The notes below the pieces were generated by a model. That model saw only the letters and a list, made by a program, of their open reading frames with translations. It did not search any database and was not told the origin of the DNA. A program made the translations under genes and the position numbers. A stretch of 64,000 nucleotides of DNA, filler included. It is 3 parts of 3 records of this genome, joined end to end, with 100 filler letters (N's around TTAATTAATTAA, not from the genome) between each part and the next. Parts side by side here need not be neighbours in the genome. Positions count along the whole stretch, not along the records: positions 57,998 to 64,000 come from SRR20825006_1370; 2 more parts are not named here. One strand, 5' to 3'. Below, one piece after another: positions 60,276 to 64,000 of this stretch. Each line of letters begins with the position of its first letter. The first letter of the stretch is position 1.

Positions 60276-61622
60276 TCAGCTTGCCGGTTTCGGGCGCAGG
60301 ATGCTTGTGACGTGCGCAGGCGTTTCCAGAACGTCCCGCGCCGCCTGCATGACCTGTTCCAGTGTCACCGCACCAACCTGGTCCGGCCAGCTTTCGATAT
60401 CGTCAATTGTGCGTCCGATGGCGAGCGCCTGCCCCACGGCATGGGCCGGTGCGGTCACGCTGTCCCGGGCATAGACCGCGCTGGCCTTCATCGATTTGAC
60501 CGCGCGTGCGACTTCCTGCGCATCGACACCGTCACGCAGAATGGCGGCAAGTTCCGCCTCGAAGGCCGCTTCAAGCTTTTCAACGGCGACTCCCTCGGCG
60601 GGCACGCCATAAAAAGAGAACGTGCCGGGTCCGATGCTGCTCCCGCTATAAGACGCACCGGCAGAAAGGGCGATCTTCCGGTCGATCACCAGCGCCTTGT
60701 AGAGCCGGCTGGTTGCCCCGCCGCCAATCACTTCCGCCAGCACGGCGAGCGGCATGGCCTGATCGCTTGCGCCATAGAACTGGCTCGGCGCCAGATAACG
60801 GCGGCTCCAGCTGACCTGGCCGACCTGCGGATGGGCAAACTCAATGCGGCGGGCGCTGATCTGCTCCGGCTCCAGCGGACGGTTGCGGTCCGGTACGGCG
60901 CGGGCGGGGATCACACCGTAATATTTCTCCGCCAGCGGCTTCAACTCATCCATGGTGATGTCGCCCGCAACCACCAGCACGGCGTTATTCGGGGCATACC
61001 ATTTGCGATAGAAGGCCAGCGCGTTCTCGCGGGTCAGCGCCTTGATCTCATGCGCCCAGCCGATCAGCGGATGGCGATAGGGGTAGTTGAGATAAAGCGC
61101 CGCGTTGGTCCGCTCGTTCAACAACGCGCCCGGGCTGTTGTCGATCCGGGAGCGGCGTTCTTCCAGCACCACCTCGCGTTCCGCCGCGACCTCGTCCGGG
61201 TCCAGCGTCAGGTTCACCATGCGGTCCGCTTCCATCTCCATCATCAGCGGCAGCTTGTCCGAGGCGATGGTCTGGAAGAAAGCGGTGTAATCGTAGCCGG
61301 TGAAGGCATTGCCCTCCCCGCCATTACGGGAGACGGTGCGGGAGAACTCGCCCGAGGGCACTTTCTCCGTGCCCTTGAAGAGAAGGTGCTCAAGAAAATG
61401 TGCCAGCCCTGTCTCGCCCGGCGCCTCGTCCGCCCCGCCGACCTTGTACCAGACCATATGGGTTACCACCGGCACCCGGTGATCGGTGATGGCGACCACC
61501 TGCATGCCGTTCGCCAGCGTGATGCTCTCGGGCTCGTAGACTTTCGCATCCGCCCGCCCGGCGATCATGACGACACATACCATCGCCAGGGTCAGCCGCT
61601 TCGCGATCGCCAATGATTTCAC
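60276..61622 (-). CDS. M16 family zinc peptidase, catalytic subunit
   Basis: WYKVGGADE..G.TGLAHFLEHLLFKGT (HXXEH); signal peptide; GGAG RBS before GTG 61622. Confidence 0.93.
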   Translation of the reverse strand: MKSLAIAKRLTLAMVCVVMIAGRADAKVYEPESITLANGMQVVAITDHRVPVVTHMVWYKVGGADEAPGETGLAHFLEHLLFKGTEKVPSGEFSRTVSRNGGEGNAFTGYDYTAFFQTIASDKLPLMMEMEADRMVNLTLDPDEVAAEREVVLEERRSRIDNSPGALLNERTNAALYLNYPYRHPLIGWAHEIKALTRENALAFYRKWYAPNNAVLVVAGDITMDELKPLAEKYYGVIPARAVPDRNRPLEPEQISARRIEFAHPQVGQVSWSRRYLAPSQFYGASDQAMPLAVLAEVIGGGATSRLYKALVIDRKIALSAGASYSGSSIGPGTFSFYGVPAEGVAVEKLEAAFEAELAAILRDGVDAQEVARAVKSMKASAVYARDSVTAPAHAVGQALAIGRTIDDIESWPDQVGAVTLEQVMQAARDVLETPAHVTSILRPKPAS

Positions 61623-61724
61623 TGTCAGTCTCCTGCCTCCGGTAACGGAGCGTTCCGGTATCCGATCATCCGAGATATGGAAAAATTTACGGCATGAACA
61701 AGGCACTCCGGTCAGAGTGCCGTT

Positions 61725-62459
61725 TCAGGGCAGATCAAAACCATGCGCCAAGAGCACCGTCTGTCCCTCGGAGCCGAGGATGAAATCCCGCAATCCCGTC
61801 GCCTGTTCGGGAGCATTCTTCATCACCGTGATGCCGTATTCCGCGCCAACGCGCAGGGCTTCCGGCACTTCCACGATCTGAAGCCCCGTCACCTCGCGTG
61901 CGGCGAGGACGGCATTAGTCCTGTAGGTCAGGAACAGATCCGTCCGTCCCTGCTCCAGCATCCAGCCATAGAGGTTGCGTCCTCCCGGCACCGGGGCCGA
62001 AATTGACCCGCCCGTCAGTTTCTGTGCCTTGGCATCCAGGGTCTCGTACGCTCCGGGCCGGATCACGCCGGCTTTCTGGAACAGCCGCCAGGCATAATCG
62101 CCGGACGGATCCGCGTCCGGCGTGGAGGTTCCGACCCGAATGTCCGGATCGAGGAGCGTTTCCAGCAGAGTATCGCTTTCCGCCACGATCCCCGCACGGA
62201 CGATCGCCACAAGCTCGTTCCGGGCAAACAGTCTTGTACGCCCGGCCAGACCGCGCCGGTGCAGCACACGGGGATGCTCCATGTCGGCCGAGGCGAACAG
62301 ATCGGCCCGTGCACCGGTTTCAATGCGTTTCCGCATCAGGCCGGACGGTCCGAAACTCATATCGACGGGCCTCCCCGTCGTCTGTTCGAACCGCGAGCAG
62401 ATATCCTGAAGCACGGCTGCGAGGCTTCCCGCGGCGAAAAAAACAAGACGATCAGGCAT
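61725..62459 (-). CDS. ModA-like molybdate/oxyanion-binding protein
   Basis: AAGSL, FGPSGL, ADLFASADM, FARN, STPDADPSGDYAW, YRTN, GAEYG. Confidence 0.85.
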   Translation of the reverse strand: MPDRLVFFAAGSLAAVLQDICSRFEQTTGRPVDMSFGPSGLMRKRIETGARADLFASADMEHPRVLHRRGLAGRTRLFARNELVAIVRAGIVAESDTLLETLLDPDIRVGTSTPDADPSGDYAWRLFQKAGVIRPGAYETLDAKAQKLTGGSISAPVPGGRNLYGWMLEQGRTDLFLTYRTNAVLAAREVTGLQIVEVPEALRVGAEYGITVMKNAPEQATGLRDFILGSEGQTVLLAHGFDLP

Positions 62460-62475
62460 GATCGAGACCGTCGGC

Positions 62476-63066
62476 CTAGAACAGCCCCTTGCGCTTGCGC
62501 TCAATGACCGGCGTGGTGCCCGCTGTCGGCTCGTTGCCGAGGGCCGCGTTTTCCTGCAGGCGCTTCTGCTCCGCCTGGGCATCGACAACCACGCCGCGCG
62601 GAGCCTTCTCACGCCAGAAAAGCAGATTGTCGATCAGATATTCCTCTTCGTAGAGGAAGGTGCTGGTTTCCCGGTTCACCGTCTGGCGGATACCCGGCTC
62701 GGCACTGGCGGTATTCAGCAATTGCCGCATCTTCGCTTCGCCCGGCGTTTCCCGCGAAACAGCCGTGCTCGGTGCCGAAGCAGGCACATTCCCGGCGGTA
62801 CCGGATACCGTACTCCGGGTGCCGTTACCCAGCACCAGCCGCTCCGCACTCTTCGTCACGTCGCGTTCCTGCGGGCGCGGCTCGCCTGGGGTCGGCGGGC
62901 GCAGGGCAAAGTTCGGCGGCACGCTGAGCGGCGGCCGCGCAACCACGGCGAACTCATCCGGTGCCTGCTTTGTGTTGCCGACTGCTTTCTGGATTTCGCT
63001 GCACCCCTGCAAGCCGATCACCACGGCGCAGAGGGTGAAGCCGACAGTACGACTGACCCTGATCAT
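62476..63066 (-). CDS. DUF3035 family lipoprotein
   Basis: Lipobox LQGC; K.APDEFAVV.RPPL.VPP.F.LRPP.PG.PRPQE; follows lspA. Confidence 0.85.
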   Translation of the reverse strand: MIRVSRTVGFTLCAVVIGLQGCSEIQKAVGNTKQAPDEFAVVARPPLSVPPNFALRPPTPGEPRPQERDVTKSAERLVLGNGTRSTVSGTAGNVPASAPSTAVSRETPGEAKMRQLLNTASAEPGIRQTVNRETSTFLYEEEYLIDNLLFWREKAPRGVVVDAQAEQKRLQENAALGNEPTAGTTPVIERKRKGLF

Positions 63067-63097
63067 TCCATGCTACTCCGGTCGATGGCTATCCCGT

Positions 63098-63616
63098 TCA
63101 TTCTCCGTCTCCCCTGGATATCTGGGAATCCGAACTCTGCGAGTCACCAAGAAAGCTATCAAACAATAAAAATACTACGCCAACCGATATCGCACTATCG
63201 GCAAGATTAAAAGCTGGCCAGTGATATCCGAACGCATGCCAGTCAATGAAATCGACAACCGCATTATAGCGCAACCGGTCAATCACATTCCCGATCGCCC
63301 CGCCGATGATCAGGCCAAGCGAAATCCGCAGCAATTGAGTGGGCGCCCGTGCCAGCCAGACCGTAAGCCCGATCACAACGGCGACAGCGAACCCGGACAG
63401 GTAGAAAGGCGTCATCGGATCGTCACTCGCCAGCAGGCCGAAACTGACACCCCGGTTCCAGACGGCGACCAGATTGAAAAACGGCGTCACCTCGACCACC
63501 GCTCCGTCACGGAACAATGTCGCCAGCGCCCATTCCTTGGTCACCTGATCGGCAAGCACCACCAGCAGAGCCAGTAGCCCGCCGGTCACAAGGTTGCGTT
63601 TCAACGAGCCCGGCAC
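63098..63616 (-). CDS. lspA: Lipoprotein signal peptidase II
   Basis: DQVTK, NRGVSFG, GGAIGNVIDR, VVDFI, WPAFNLADSAI. Confidence 0.96.
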   Translation of the reverse strand: MPGSLKRNLVTGGLLALLVVLADQVTKEWALATLFRDGAVVEVTPFFNLVAVWNRGVSFGLLASDDPMTPFYLSGFAVAVVIGLTVWLARAPTQLLRISLGLIIGGAIGNVIDRLRYNAVVDFIDWHAFGYHWPAFNLADSAISVGVVFLLFDSFLGDSQSSDSQISRGDGE

Positions 63617-63619
63617 CGG

Positions 63620-64000
63620 TTATTCAGCCGCGGTTTCGAGCGAGCCGACCGCGTCCGCGCAGCGTTTGCAAACCGGCGGCTCGACAACCTCGGGCAGAAT
63701 TTTCCAGCACCGCTCGCATTTTCCGCCGTCGGCCAGGGCCGGTACCACGGAGATACCTTCCACATCATCCAGCCGGAAAGCGTCGTCAGGGCCGGAGCCG
63801 GCGAGCAGCGTGGCATCGGACGTGATGAAAAGCTCGGCCGGGTCCAGCCCGTCGAATGCCTTCAGTGCGGCATCGCTGACGAAAACCTGCGGGGCCGCCT
63901 GCAGGGAAGACCCGATACGCTTCGCGTTGCGTTCCAGCTCCAGCGCGCCGGTGACGACACGGCGGACATTCCGGATCTCGGCCCAGCGTGCCGCGACCGC
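63620..64000 (-). CDS. ileS: Isoleucine-tRNA ligase, C-terminal part (not in the ORF track; 5' truncated)
   Basis: Manual translation ...RRVVTGALELERNAKRIGSSLQAA...KCERCWKILPEV...CKRCADAV...AAE*; directly upstream of lspA. Confidence 0.95.
   Translation of the reverse strand, partial: AVAARWAEIRNVRRVVTGALELERNAKRIGSSLQAAPQVFVSDAALKAFDGLDPAELFITSDATLLAGSGPDDAFRLDDVEGISVVPALADGGKCERCWKILPEVVEPPVCKRCADAVGSLETAAE

Overview
The window joins three unrelated contigs with N44-TTAATTAATTAA-N44 linkers (28987-29086 and 57898-57997). Contig 1 (1-28986) is a marine gammaproteobacterium; gene order and content suggest Alcanivorax or a relative (inference). It carries an oxoprolinase/hydantoinase fragment, a fatty-acid desaturase, an 11-gene Tad/Flp pilus locus, rpmG-rpmB, a Tat-lipoprotein purple acid phosphatase, radC, a four-helix-bundle gene, coaBC-dut-algC-argB-slmA, pyrE-rph and yicC. 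After yicC begins an integrase-bearing island with a ferredoxin reductase and a GMC dehydrogenase typical of CYP153 alkane-oxidation operons. Contig 2 (29087-57897) is a Rhodopirellula-like planctomycete (inference from DUF1559 and gene families). It carries apgM-lysC, a Ser/Thr kinase-acyltransferase-cytochrome c cluster, a CoA-disulfide reductase-rhodanese with a divergent ArsR, an aldehyde dehydrogenase, DUF1559, a 2061-aa membrane protein and groEL. Contig 3 (57998-64000) is an alphaproteobacterial ileS-lspA-DUF3035-modA-M16-M16-pgi region. The most interesting signal is in contig 1: inverted arrays of 7-bp units. One pair brackets the four-helix-bundle gene, an 'empty' version of the same hairpin lies between coaBC and dut, and related arrays occupy the next three intergenic spacers, including a second heptamer family (GTTGAAA). 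All calls come from reading motifs by eye; no database searches were run.
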